Source: Saccostrea echinata (taxonomy: Eukaryota). From it: a stretch of 64,000 bases of DNA. Under the pieces are notes generated by a model. That model was not told the DNA's origin, did no database searches, and saw only the letters and a program-made list of their open reading frames with translations. Positions within the stretch are counted from its first letter, which is position 1. Each line of letters starts with the position of its first letter. This document shows, one piece after another, positions 37,401-50,780 of the stretch. The position numbers and the translations under genes are program-made. The stretch lies in assembly GCF_033153115.1 (NCBI RefSeq), contig NW_026889779.1:15686001-15750000 (forward strand). The letters run 5' to 3'.

Positions 37401-39907
37401 TGATATCAGAGGGTAGGGTGGGGCCACTTTGGGCGATCAAAGTTTTACATAGGAATACACTGGGAAAATCTTTAAAATTCTTTTTCTCAAGAACAACAAA
37501 GCCATGATGCATCTTCAGGTATTGTAGAAACTAATATGGAAGCATCCTCAGATTCAAGATTGTTAAAATCATGACACTTGAAGATAGGGTGGGGCTAAGG
37601 GAAGGGTGAGGCCATAATATATTATCTTAATTCTACATAGGAATATATTAGGGAAAAATCTGCTGATAAAGAACAGGAGGAGTGTATAATTACTCAGGTG
37701 AGCATTGTCGCCCATGGACCTTTTTTTTGTCAGTGGAAAATACAGATCCTCTGTATTGTTTTTAAGGTTTATCATTTTCTGCAACATTTTGTAGGTTGTA
37801 AGTTTTTTTATATCAATAAATATTAAATATTGTCTGGTGCATAATAAAACATCAATAAATTTCCAAGTTTGTGACTTTTATGTTTATCAATCTGTTAGAT
37901 ACATGTAATTTTAAAAAAAAAACGTAACCCTTCCTACCTAATTTGAAAAATTTTGGCTAGAGTAGATCAAACCAAAAAAAAAAAAATAATAATGATGGCC
38001 CTGTTCATTTATAATAATTTATGTTATAGGAGAGGGAAAGAATGGAAACATTGGAAGCAAAACAGACAGACAAAAAAATACAGGTGAGGAAATAATTAAG
38101 GTTATTTGATTCTGAGATTTAATACCAAGAAAACAAATAAACAGAAGTTTTACTTGAATTGATTCCTTGTAATTAGAAATACTCTTAGGAGATAGTTGGA
38201 AATTTTGACAATTTTAAATAGACTTGATTAAAAGAAAAAGAAGAAAAAATAAAGGAAAAACACTAATGAGTGTTTTTTTTTAATTTAGTATCTGGTTTGG
38301 ACCACATGAGGTTTACTGTTTTTAGCAGTAGAAAAATAGAAAACAGGACATGCACTCAATTTGTTCCAGATTATCTCATGCTTTGATTTATCCTCATTTG
38401 ATGTAAATGCAGAAAATTTTCAATTGCAACATATTTAAAAAAAATAATGACCTGTGTTTGTGAGGGGTTGTTTGTTTGCATGGTTTAATAATTAAATTAT
38501 ATTTTTAATAGTAGCATTCTGAAATCTGAGTTTAGGTTTCACAGTTCATACTTATATGCAATGAGTCTCAGGGAGCTCTTAGGCAAAGATCTTTATTCAG
38601 AGTTTTATTTTAAATATAATGTCATATACTAATCATATGTAAGGAGATTATTTTTGCAACCACTTATTTATAAAAATGTAAGAGAAGTTCCAGTGAAAAG
38701 CTTGATTTTCATCCCTACTTGAAAAAAGGAGCATATTGCTTTGGACATGTAGGTTGACGTGTTGGTTGGTATGTCAGTTGAGCAAGTGTTTTTTTCTCTA
38801 TATCTTGAAAACCCTTTGTTTGACAGATATAAAATTTGGTAACTTGGTAAACTGGTAACAACACCCCCCCCCCCCCCCCCCCCCGAGTAAATGACCCCTG
38901 TTGATTTTGAGGTCACAAGCTCAATATTTAAAGGTCAAGGGTCAAACAACAAAGATGCTTGACATATTGTTAGCTCAGTTTCTTGGAAATCATTTTGCTT
39001 TAGAGACATTTATTTTGGTATACTGGTACCCTCTAAGAAGTACTTTCCTTCTAATGATATTGAGGTATGATAGAGATCTTAGCATTATGTTTCTCCCTGA
39101 CTAAATGATGACCAGTTGTTTCCACTATCATTATAGACATTCTAAATTTAAAGTTGTTCCCTTTTTAGAATTGAAGGTGGGGAGGCATATATGTTTCTCA
39201 AACATTTCTTTTGTAAAGTAGTTCCCTTTTTAGAATTGAAAGGGGGGGCATATTTGCTTTGCAAACATTTCTTGTTTAATGATACTTTTTTATGCTTTTT
39301 GAGTCTAAATTGAAATTTTGAAGCCTTAGTGCACAACCTGATCAGCCATTCAATACATGTTCCAAAACAATTTTTGGCTTCCTCTGAAAATCAGGAGGAG
39401 AATTGATAACAAGATCAGAATCTGAAATGTATTGATAGAAAAATGGGGATAAAAACAACAGGGATATACTATAATCAAACTTTATGATGCTTTAATGAAA
39501 TTAAAGTATTATGTTGCAGCTCCTAATTGATTGATTACTGAGTACTCTATTTCTTCTGATAAGTGTATTAATATGACTCGTGTATTCTAATTTTTATTCT
39601 TTATCGTACAGATTCAAAATCCAGAATTTCATGCCTCACCATCCTTGCCATTCTTGTGCTTTTGGTAGCAGTAATGACTGGTGTGTTTTACACAACATGT
39701 AAAGATAGCAAGAATGACGTGTGTGAACATTACTGGAAACCCATGGAGACCAGAGTCATGGTTTTCCTTGGCAGTGTCAAAAGCAACACACAGGAGTTAA
39801 TTGAAAAATTCAAAGAAACAGCACTAAAATATTACAGTAAATCTTTTGGTAATGAGAAGAAAACTTCAGAAGATACAAAACTTCCAAACGAGACTGCTCA
39901 GACTTGA
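29895..39907 (+). CDS. LRRC59: Leucine-rich repeat-containing protein 59 (ER/nuclear-envelope LRR, coiled coil, C-terminal TM), 327 aa
   Basis: Exons 29895-29984, 31748-31807, 32124-32387, 34611-34683, 35105-35251, 38030-38083, 39612-39907, all in phase. [41 protein letters not shown]-rich coil and C-terminal TM helix. Confidence 0.92.
30158..30917. mobile_element. MITE with TTAA flanks in LRRC59 intron 1
   Basis: TIR CTTAGATCCGCCTCTTCA, TTAA on both sides, long imperfect inverted subterminal arms. Confidence 0.85.
33636..34400. mobile_element. Non-autonomous DNA transposon with repeated subterminal ACCATCGGACTTTGGCG motifs and internal ~36-bp repeats
   Basis: Inverted motif arrays at both ends; internal GGGTTAGTCCTC repeats; (TA)n follows at 34402-34468. 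Confidence 0.65.
35305..37722 (+). mobile_element. Compound HINE/Helentron with ~145-170-bp satellite-like array in LRRC59 intron 5
   Basis: Two heads TTTTAGCTCACCTG (~35305, ~36163), repeated CATGACCC..GATCAAAGTTTTACATAGGAAT..GGAAGCATCCTCAGG units, one 3' end ACTCAGGTGAGC...CCCATGGACC. Confidence 0.8.
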
Positions 39908-40196
39908 TCCTACCATTTGTTTTTGACAAAGATGTAAAGTATTGGGCAGGCATAGAATTTTCATAGAATTTTGTAGATTGTATTTCTTTTCTTTTTTTCA
40001 AAGAAATTGTTGTAACTAGATAATTTTTCTTCTTCTGTTATGAAAACAGAGGTATAAAATTTTGCTGTCAGCTTCAACATTTTTTCTTAAAACATTACCA
40101 TTGAAAATGCACAAGTACATACCCACAGTCTTAAAAAAATAATATTTGATGTTAATTGCTTTAACGTATGTGCCATTTCCCTCCCAAAATGCTTAA

Positions 40197-40651
40197 GGTA
40201 TCCGATCCATATTAAGACCTAATTTTCTGACCTTAAATATCCATCCTGTTTTAAATACTCTGATATTAATTCAAAGCATTTTAGAGAAGAAAAGGATTTA
40301 CCAAGAGAAATTGTCAAAAATATAATTACCTAAGCAGAAATTAACTAATGAAATACTAAGAATATCAAAAAATGCTGTGGTGGAAAGATGTATTTAATTA
40401 TTAAGAATAGAAAAACGATTGAAAACTAGTTTTTTACCAGATAATTTTATTTTAGAATTGATTTTTAGTGATTAAAACCAAAGGGGAGTAACTCTTCAAG
40501 GAGAGGACAAGGTCAAAAAATAGGACACATTCCGCTCTTATACATTGATACTAAAACATGAAGATTAAATAAATATACCGAGTATTCAGCCAATATGTAT
40601 CTGTAATGCATTCAGATTCATTGAATCTGAGGCTATTATGGGTTGGATACC
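40197..40651. mobile_element. Kolobok-type MITE downstream of the LRRC59 stop
   Basis: TIR GGTATCC(G/A)A(T/C)CCATA, TTAA on both sides. Confidence 0.75.
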
Positions 40652-40889
40652 TTAATGACTTAGTATTACATGTATGATGAGATATTTGAAAGAATATGAA
40701 TGTTAAATTGTTAAACTATTCTTGATTAAAAGTGACCAAAGGAAAAAAGACAAACCTGTTTCCCACTGTAGTGGCATGCTGTCATTGAATATAGTCCTGT
40801 TTTCTGGACTTATGAACTGTTATTAAGATGATGAAAAGGGTATGCTACTCACATATTAATTTTAAAAGTTTTATCATTCACGCCTTTAA

Positions 40890-41788
40890 TTTTTAGCTCA
40901 CCTCGACGAAGTCGAGATGAGCTTATGCTATACCCCCGGCGTTGGCGTCGGCGTCCCAGGTTAAAGTTTTAGGAGCAAGTCCATTCCCAAGTAACTACAA
41001 GCCCTACCTGGACCAAACTTGCATGGATGATGCATCTAAAGATGGACACTACCACACTTGCTTCAGATGCTGGATCTGACCTAGATTTTCCAGATGAGTG
41101 ACCAGGTTAAAGTTTTTGGAGCAGGTCCATTCCCAAGTAACTATAAGCCCTACCTGAACCAAAGTTGCATGGATGATGCATCTAGGGATGGACACTACCA
41201 CACTTGCTTCGGATGCTGGATCTGACCTATATTTGGAGCAGGTCTATTCCCAAGTAACTATAAGCCCTACCTGGACCAAAATTGCATGGATGATGCATCT
41301 AGGGATGGACACTACCACACTTGCTTCGGATGCTGAATCTGACCTAGATTTTCCAGATGAGTGAATTTTAGCCATATTTTAATCAAATTAGCATGGATGA
41401 TGTATCTTAGGATGGACACTTTCAGACTTGCTCTGGATTCTGAATCTGACCTACATTTTCCAGATGGGTGACCAGAGTAATGTTTTTGGAGTAGCTATAT
41501 AATATTATGGCATGTTATGATTAAACAGCTTGGATGGTACATCTAAGGATGAAAACTTCCAGACTTGCTTTGGTTGTTGGAACTGTCCAAAATTTTCTTG
41601 ATTAGTAAACAGGTTAGAAGTTTTTTGAGCAGGTCTATTTCCAAGTATCGATAAGTCCTTCTTAAACCAAACTTGAATGCATATTGATCTTGGGATGAAC
41701 ACTAACTAGAAAAAATATGATGTGAGATTTGCCTTACTTATAGATAGCCTTCGTCGAGGTGAGCTTCGTAATCTTTGATTACCTATGT
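40890..41788 (+). mobile_element. HINE/Helentron of a second family with ~120-145-bp internal repeats
   Basis: AGCTCACCTCGACGAAG at the 5' end, inverse CTTCGTCGAGGTGAGCT at the 3' end followed by hairpin GTAATCTTTGATTAC. Confidence 0.8.
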
Positions 41789-43061
41789 TTTATGTATAGT
41801 ACATGTGGACCTGAATGGCTTCAGTAGATGGAAACCCTGTAAACTGAGGCATATCTTATTGTGCAAGAAATTAGTGTGTTTAGAATCAAGTTCATCATAG
41901 ACAATGTACAGCCATTTTGTCAATTCAACAGATTTTCTCAAATTATTGTACTATATTTTTATACTTGGTGTGTGTGTTTCTCATTTGAATGATGTTTTTA
42001 ATATCTAATTTAGCTCTTTGTCATGAATGGTCAGACTTACTCTTTTGTATAATTTAACAGAGAGTCTGAAGAATGTTTGAAAGGTACAAAAAGATCCACT
42101 TGTGTAAAATGGGAAGAAATCTTCTGCCCACCTGCTTTATCTTCACCTTATGTAGAGTGCCATCAGTGCTAATGTCAAAAGGAGGTACTGGTAATTTTTC
42201 AGAGGTCACAAAAGATAAGGAAGTCTATGGAAAACTACAGGGGATCCCCTAGTCAATTCTGGCCCCCTGTTGCTTTCCATAAAAGTCTCATTTTACATTA
42301 ATGTATTTCATATCTCGAATACTGATATCTCAAATACCATGGATATGTTGGATTTGGAAGTCCCAACCCCTTATTCTTTAAGTACTTAACCCTGGATTTT
42401 TAAAATCCTCAGATATCTCGAAGTTTTTTCTTGGTCCCAATGGGTTCGAGATAAGAAGGTTTGAGTGTATTTCAAAATAATAAGGCAAATAATTTTACAT
42501 TAAATGGTTTTTCTTGAGAATTGTGTTCAAAGTTGTATTCATTTTGTTGAACACCTACTAGTATTTTTCGTTGTTTTCATGGTTGAGCCAGACAACAAAA
42601 TAGGGTGATAAATTAACTGGAAAATTCATTAATGATAGAATAGGATGAGGTAATTATCCAAANNNNNNNNNNNNNNNNNNNNNNNNNNNNNNNNNNNNNN
42701 NNNNNNNNNNNNNNNNNNNNNNNNNNNNNNNNNNNNNNNNNNNNNNNNNNNNNNNNNNNNNNNNNNNNNNNNNNNNNNNNNNNNNNNNNNNNNNNNNNNT
42801 TAATCCCAATGAAAATGAATGCAACTAAAATGAAGGATTAGGTATTGGCATAAAAAATAGCATATTTAGCAGCAATATATAATTTCATAAAAAAGTCATG
42901 AAAAATTCTTTAATGTTTGAATTTTTTATGTACATGTTTTAGAAAGAAAAAGATGTGAAAGAATAGTAGTCTTGTAAAAGTAATTTAGAACTATTTCATT
43001 AAAAAAGGTGAGGTGATAATGATCGAAATTACAAGTCTAAATAGGTAGTATATATAGAGGA

Positions 43062-43214
43062 TATTCAATGTGTTGTAGTTGGATATGAAATTTATTTCAC
43101 GAGTGGGACAGGATTTTTTGATATTTTCACGAGTGCAAAGCATGAGTGAAAACATAAAAAAAATCCTGTCTCACAAGTGAAATAAATTCCATATCCAACT
43201 ACAAAACATTGAAT
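43062..43214. repeat. ~150-bp palindrome (foldback/Crypton-like element)
   Basis: ATTCAATG..TTGTAGTTGGATATG...GACAGGATTTTTT | AAAAAATCCTGTC...CATATCCAACTACAA..CATTGAAT. Confidence 0.75.
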
Positions 43215-45384
43215 TTTCTGTTTATTACATTTTCATTGATTTCCCTTTCTTAACACGGTGTCATAGGCTGTGACTTCATAGTTGAGCGGTTGAGACGTTG
43301 TAGCTTAAGCAATTGTGAGATTGAAAACATTGTCACATGGATTTTTGCAACATAATTGGGAAGAAAATTCAAATTGGCAGTTTTAGTCTCTATCAAGATG
43401 GTGTAGTTACTATCAGTATCTTATGACAGGCCAGAAGTCATTTTATACTTACTCTGATATCCTTTCACACTGTGACAGAATATCACTTTGATATCCTTTC
43501 ACACTTTGACAGAATATCACTTTTATTCAATAAATAAGTCACAGTATTTCACCATTGAAAATGTAATAAATCTCCATATTGTAGAGGGAAAAATCAATAT
43601 TTGTCATCAACAGACGGAGGCTTGTAAATTGGACCATTGTTGATTAATATATTATTATATTTACCTTTGCTAGACTGTTGTCAAAAGAGAGAATTAATAC
43701 TGAATAAATGATTTTGATTCAAGCATGTTTTAGATATGTTTTGAATATTTTTGAACCCATAGGCAATCCTCAGATTAATTGTTAAAGCAATATGAGCTGC
43801 AACTTTGATGTCAGAAATTTTTGTTGCAAAATTGTAATTAACAATTTCAATGACAAGAAAAAAGAACGTTTATAAACTTCTGTTGTTTTTATTTGCAATG
43901 GAAGAACTATTTTTAAGGTTTTGTTGAAGCAGAATTACAGAATTATATTATTTTCATCCTGTACAATGTTGACTCCTTATATAATATTGTATATTCCATT
44001 GTACAGAAGTCTTTCTTCTGAAACAATTTAAAACACTTTATTTAAGTCAAATTGATCAAAAAGGTTCAAATTACAATTTTTTTTTTTTTTTTTTATCAAA
44101 ATAGCAGCCTTTAAGAGCAAATTAAATTCTCAAAAATGCAGCTTTATATTGCTTTAAAATAAATATATCTACTTTATTATAAACATTAACCTTGTTATGT
44201 TGTATTACAGTAGATATATATCTTTTTAACAGTTAAGTGCCTATGATCTTGAATGCAGTTCTGAAGTCTTCAGTTGATAAAACTGTATTGTGTCCAGTGA
44301 CTGAGAATTTTTATTGGGCACAAAGACCTCAACATTTCACACATTATAAATATAAGAATATTCAAATAACAATTTCAATCACAGTCATGCCATTTGATAA
44401 AGAAATGTGATTAAGTGGAAAATAACACTTTCGTTCTCCGAAACTGATGGAAGTAAAACGTAAAAACTTGTTATAAACTTGAAATTTTTTTTTATGAACT
44501 CTATCCTAAAAGTATATAAAAACAAGGGACACACTGGCCACTACCCTAATCTGTGTCTCATTACACGCTCTCTCTCTCTCTCGCCAAAATGAATACGTAG
44601 GTGATGAATTTCCTTTCAAAACAAGGCAAATGCCATGTACAAGTATGCTGTAACTGATGATTTTAAAGCATTAATTTCACAGTTAAGTTTTTTTTCTTAT
44701 TCCTGTATTATCTCTAATCTCCCACTGGGTCTCCACTTCATACCCCTGCCCACGAATTGGTCAAACTTGAATCAGCGCTACAATGGGATAAGTTGCGAAT
44801 AAAGCTTAGTTACAGCTATAGCATTAAATTGCTGTTTTTTAGAAGAGTAAACATTACTAGGTAAAACTCCAAATCTTTAATGGAACCCCATCCTAACCTC
44901 ATAGGCATGATAGGCTCTGCCTTGATAAAATTTAAGTCTTAGGAACCTCAACATTTGGGGGGTACCACTTTTAACGTTCTTGCCTAATTGATCCACACTG
45001 TTGTTGAGTCGATGGTTAACAAGCAGATTCAAAAGGGACAGAAAGGACAACAAACCCAAATACATACTAAAGTAATTTTTCGGTAATATATCCCAACCCT
45101 CTTTTTCCTTGCAGATATCGTGGATCTGCCCTTGCTTACAGTTGTACATATATAAGAGAATCCGTATAATAAAATACGACCGGGGGGGGGGGGGGGGGGG
45201 GGCTTGTACAGTGTATTTTGCTAGGAAGAGACGCAATTCAATTAGCTGACATAATCTTGTACAGAGAAGCAAATATATGTCATAAATGCATTCATTTTGA
45301 TTTTCATCTGAGTATTATCTTCAATTTTTCCTTTTAACAATGAAAAATGGCGTCGCTTAACTTAAATGTATATGTATTCCAATA

Positions 45385-48300
45385 TTAAAGAGGAATTACT
45401 GAAGTTGTTTTAGAACTTTGTAAATTTGTAATTGACTTCTTTCCATCACCTTTGTCTTCTTTTTTACTTTTTAATGGGCCAATAAATGAAAGTACCACTG
45501 GAATCAAAAGAACTGAATGGACAAGACCGAAAAATATCACAAGAAACATCATTTGTCCAAAAGTTTTAAAGATGTAGCTGTTTGCAAATCCTAAAATAGA
45601 AACGCCTAAGAGGGTAGAAAATGCCGCGTTAAATATAGGTCCTCCGGATCTGTCTAAGGCGAGGTGAACTTTTGTGGCCCTGTCGTCTGCATCTACAGCA
45701 AGATAGGCGTGGCAAATATGGGCGCTAAAATCTACAGAGAACCCAACGGTCATGACTAGGTGTATCATGGTGATGGAACTCAGTGAAATGTCCCAGAAGT
45801 ACATAAAGCCGAATACCCCTAGTAGGATAGTAAACAGGGTAGCCCCGACAATAACGATCAGGGTTGGATGAGGCATGAAGACGATCGTGACGAAGATTAT
45901 TACAGCTATGGCAATTCCAACAGTTTGCAATGTACTTGGAAGAATTTCAACAAACTGTTCGAAGAAAATGAACGGATCAGCGTACACGATCATGGGAATC
46001 GCAGAATTTGAAGTCACTTCCCGCATGCGCAGCATCATCTTCCCTTGGTCATAAGAAGACTTTAAGCTATTGGTTTTCAAGTAGAATCTAGAAGAGGTAA
46101 TGCTCGTTCCAGCAGAATTTATCACCACATCACTAGCATACAGTGGCACATTTGTCAGGAACGTCTGGAGAGCAGCAATGAAGGCAGATTCAGAGGTGTC
46201 CACATACAGTGCAGATTGTTTAAAGGCAGATAGCCAGTTCAATTCAAATGCGTGATCTATGTCCTTGTCTTGTTTTGCTGTAGTAAGAACCGATGTTATT
46301 ACTCCTTGAGTCCAAGAAGATGAGTACGTCTGGGTTGTCTTGACATTAAACGACATAACGATCTCCGTTGTAAAGTAATTCTCAAGCCAGGTACTGTATT
46401 TGTAAAAGAAGGAGTCTTCCGTGACAAGGTTTGGAAGAGATAACCCTTGTTTAAGATGGACAGCACCAAAAACAGAGAATCCAAAGTAAATTACAAAAAT
46501 AAATATGATTATTATCTTCAGGGCTAGGTAGCTCATAATTTTTTGGATGAATCTTTTTGGATACTTCTCCAAAGGGCTGTCGACATCGTCTCGTTCTTTT
46601 GGTGGGTATCCAGCACATGCGTAAAGTGAGCATCCTGTTTTCCCATCTTTCCTCAGCGATTCCCTATCTTTTGTCCTTATACAGCATGCCACACAGTGTC
46701 GATTGCCTTTAATCCTCTTTTCATTGATTGCTATGCACGCAGAGAAAACAGTGATTTGATTGATGTAGCAAAAAAGTACTGCAACACCTGCAACAAAGCA
46801 AAACATATCACAAACAATAGTACATTTCTATGCATGTACTAGTTTCGAGCATATTTGTAGATTTTAATGACATTTAAATCGAAATTTAGAGATCAAAAAC
46901 TATTATACTTGTAATAAGTAACTGTGGCAACCATAACAATAGCCTACCAGTATAAATGCAGAAATTTCGGACGCTTAAGAAAACCGAACTTGCTCCGATC
47001 AGGAACGCCAGGAAGTCCGTGATGGAGGTGATTGTGATGGCGATTCCACTGGTCTTCATCATAAAGTAAATTCTGTCCGATACGCTGGAATTTTCTATAG
47101 TCTCAGCATCAGCAATACCAGACATTAAAATAAAGACATCGTCGATACCAATGCCTGTAGATTCAAACAATCATAAACGTAATTTGATAAATATTGAATG
47201 GAATGGTATGGAAGTTCAAAATAAACATGTGTAGTTTAAAATTCTAAACTGTCCAATGTAAGTATGGGATTAGTATTCTACCCTTGACATGATATTATAG
47301 GAACGCCAAGACAAAATCATGTACCCGTTAAGGATTACCTTGACAAGAATGGAGAAGCATATATGGAGGGGGGGGGGGGCACCCCAAAGGATTCTTTATA
47401 ATCCCACCTTTTAAAAAGATGTAATCAAACTTTTCAGGAGATTGAGAATATCTACTTTTCCTAAGTTGCATTTGCTTACCTATGATAAGGAAAGGCATAA
47501 CACTGACAATACTTATATACTTCACTCCAATAAGACTCAGTAAACCAAAAGAGGACACGATAGAGAGACCAGCCGCCAAAACACCTGCTTGACCTAAAAG
47601 ACTTCTGTCTGCTATGAAATTACAATTCTGTCTCGATGTGGCAATGGATGCATACGTCATCATTAGCGTCAACGTCAAAGCGAAGAAAAGAATGTCTCCC
47701 CCAATATTTTTCTCCAGTTCATCATCTAACGCACGAGAATAAGATGGAGCCAATTCAGAGACATTAACAACAGCACCCGAAATGGATTCAACAAAAGCTT
47801 TTTCCCATTCCTTAGAATTCGCTCCACTGAGGTAATAGGTTAGTTTCAGGCCCATGGCATATGTGAGTATTCCGCTAGAAGAAGATGCTCTTGCAAGAAG
47901 AAAACTTATAGAAGACTCCTTGAATATTGGGTATGTGATATTGTTTGCCAGCATCATCTGTTTGAAATCATTTGACAAGAAGATGTCCCCAGACACTACA
48001 CAATTGCCATTCTGTTTGGCACATATGTTAGCAAATGTTTTATTATTGACGGAAATTGAGTTGCGTACATAGTTGTCAACAGACGTGACATCATCTAAAA
48101 ATGCTGATGTCAGCATGTTTCCCCTGTCCTTTGTTAGAATGAGCACTTCTGTGAAGTCGGACGACTCTTTGTGCGAGTAGAAATCAGAGTTACTTGGATA
48201 CACATTCTTTAAAAAATCTCGATCTTTTGAAGCTTGGCTGTTTTCTGGTGTGTAAAATTTCTCAGATCCACTTTCTGTTTCAAGTCTAAGCATACCAAGG

Positions 48301-48425
48301 CCAAGGAGACAGTTAACAGAGATAGCAATAGCTAGAACTTTGACAGGATGCCGTTCCAGAAAGCGTCCATACAAACCAAAGACGCGACCTATCCTCTCTT
48401 CTTGTCTATGATAGCAGTCACCCAT
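45385..48425 (-). CDS. Patched domain-containing protein 3-like / Patched-related (PTR) RND-family sterol-sensing-domain membrane protein, 851 aa
   Basis: Exons 48425-47480, 47154-46948, 46787-45385 in phase. MPFLIIGIGIDDVFI, ITITSITDFLAF, VRNFCIY, VGFSVDFSAH, SYIFKTF; two 1+5 TM halves. Confidence 0.92.
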
Positions 48426-48626
48426 GACTCTGAAATATTAAAATGAAATTTTATTTTATTTTCATATACAAAGCCATGGATCAATTTAATTAAAACCAGA
48501 CTTCTGATATCCGCGCCTTGTGGACTCTTACGCAGTTATACGGATGCCGAGGGGGTCTAAGAAGTCTGATTTTAATCCATGGCCGTAGGAACCGGGGGCA
48601 CGGGAGGCCACCAATTGCCGTTGGCA

Positions 48627-48805
48627 TTTACGGCCTTGAGCAGTGAGGAATCTTTTTCGTGCTAGCAACTACTGCGTTTTATATGGGCTCATCCCAAGAG
48701 CCGGCCTCCGCGTCACACAGTGGATTTGAACCCGCAACGAGTAAGGATCAATCCCTTGCGATTCTAGAGCAAATGCCCTTATAACCACTGCGCCACGCGA
48801 GCGAC
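48627..48805 (-). mobile_element. Partial copy of the same tRNA-SINE as 16079-16380
   Basis: Shares TTGAGCAGTGAGGAATCTTTTT and ACCACTGCGCCACGC.GGCGAC. Confidence 0.75.
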
Positions 48806-50232
48806 AAAACTTCATCGAAAAAATGGAAACATTGACCAGGAAAACTTATTTTATATGATGGATATTTTGAGAGCTTTTAAAAAAAATTTTTCTTCAATTT
48901 GCAAAACCCAATTACATCCCATCCCTTTTCGTTGGTGCTGTTTGTCACAGTAATTTCGAATTCAACAAATTATCATGATCTTGTGTCTCAATGCAGAATA
49001 GTGGTACGAGAGAGAGAGAGAGAGCAACATATAATTGTGATATTTTTAAATCAAGTTAGGAAAGCTTGAAAACTTTATTAAAGCCACGAACAAAATAAAG
49101 AAAAAATATTTCACTGATAGAATTTTTTTTAAATTTTATATCGAATTTTAAAACTTTTTTTGCAACACTAACCAACAAAAACTTTATGATTGTGAGAGTG
49201 CAAAACAAGATATTTTTAAATATCATCATTACCGAACATTTGTGTCTTTATAGTGCCGAATCATGAAGTTTATTCCAAATTGTCTTAGCTAACCCTCTTT
49301 CGTACAAAGGAGAATTAGGTGGAAATTAGATAACTGTATAACAGGAGCAACAATAGGAAGTGAGAAATATGATTTCTCTTGGTGTAAGACATTATAGTAT
49401 TATTTGACATAAGACGGATCTTTGAGAGACGATAAAATATATCGGATGTTTGATTTTTTTTTTTCGTCGATTAAGTGAGGGCAAACATATTTTTTCATTA
49501 TGCATTGTTAATATTTATCAGAATCCACGGCTATTAAAGCTTAGAATCAGCTTGATTACACTGTTCGTCTGTATGTCAAAATATAGCCCCAAAGAAAAAC
49601 TCTCTATGAAGTGGATCGATTACTTTTTTATATTGTCTCCACCAACAATAACAAAAAAGTCAATCTCGCTTACACAATGTTAGATTATGCTACATGTACA
49701 ATTAATAAGTAGTGTTGTGATTTTTTACCGATTTTAAATTCCAGATACATAAGTTCATTCTTACCTTTAAACCAAAGCGGGCATCGCTGGAATAAATGAT
49801 TTCTGCTAGGTGGAAGTACGTTATAAGAACAATCGATAATGTCTGTTGAGTTCCTGTGTACTAATCCTTACACAACAACACACGTTTTCAAATCCTAAAA
49901 CAGTAACAATAAATTTTATAAATACTCCATTCACAGTTCACCTGGGCCACGTGCTCTAAGTACTTATAAAAAAATACTGAACCAGTCGCGGTGCTATCAA
50001 TATACCATGAACATTTAATATGGAGATCCAATCAGGAAAATAAGGCGAGATCGCCTTGGATACGGTGATATCATATTTCAGAGAATAAGTGATCAATATA
50101 AATAAATATATGACTTACTCTGATATGTTTATTGAAAGAGGAGAAAATACGAATGCTAGTTGTAGGTTTGTATCACATATTTTTAAATGAATGCTAACAA
50201 CTTGTTACACGACATTTTTGCATCATCAAATA

Positions 50233-50780
50233 AATCATTATTACTTCACTACATGTAATTACTTTACTACATTTGTTATTTATTTACTATTTTTGTTACT
50301 TATTTACTACTTTTATTATTATTTTACTAATTTTGTTATTACTTTACTAGATTTGTTAGATTTATTATTACTTTACTAGATTTGTTATTACTTTACTAGA
50401 TTTGTTATTACTTTACTAGATTTGCCACTACTTTACTACCTTTGTTATTACCTACTACTTGTTATTATTATTTTACTCCTTTTGTTATTACTTTACTGAA
50501 TTTGTTATTATATTACCAAAGTTATCGATTTACTACTTTTGTTATTACTTTACTACATTTGTTATTGCTTCACTAATTTGTTATGACTTTAATACTTTTT
50601 TGTATTACTTTACTAGATCTGTAATTACTTTACTACATTTGAAATACTTTACCACTTTTGTAATTACTTTACTACATATTATTACCTTACTAATTTTGTT
50701 ATTACTTTACTACATTTGTTTCTACTTTACCATATTTGTTACTACTTTACCATATTTGTTATTACTTTACTACTTTAGTA
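50233..50780. repeat. Degenerate ~20-bp minisatellite (TTTGTTATTACTTTACTA(C/G)A)n
   Basis: Seen directly; upstream of the PTR gene. Confidence 0.9.

Noticed and set aside
41173-41364. ORF with duplicated MMHLGMDTTTLASDA peptide
   Set aside because: Translation of HINE internal repeats.
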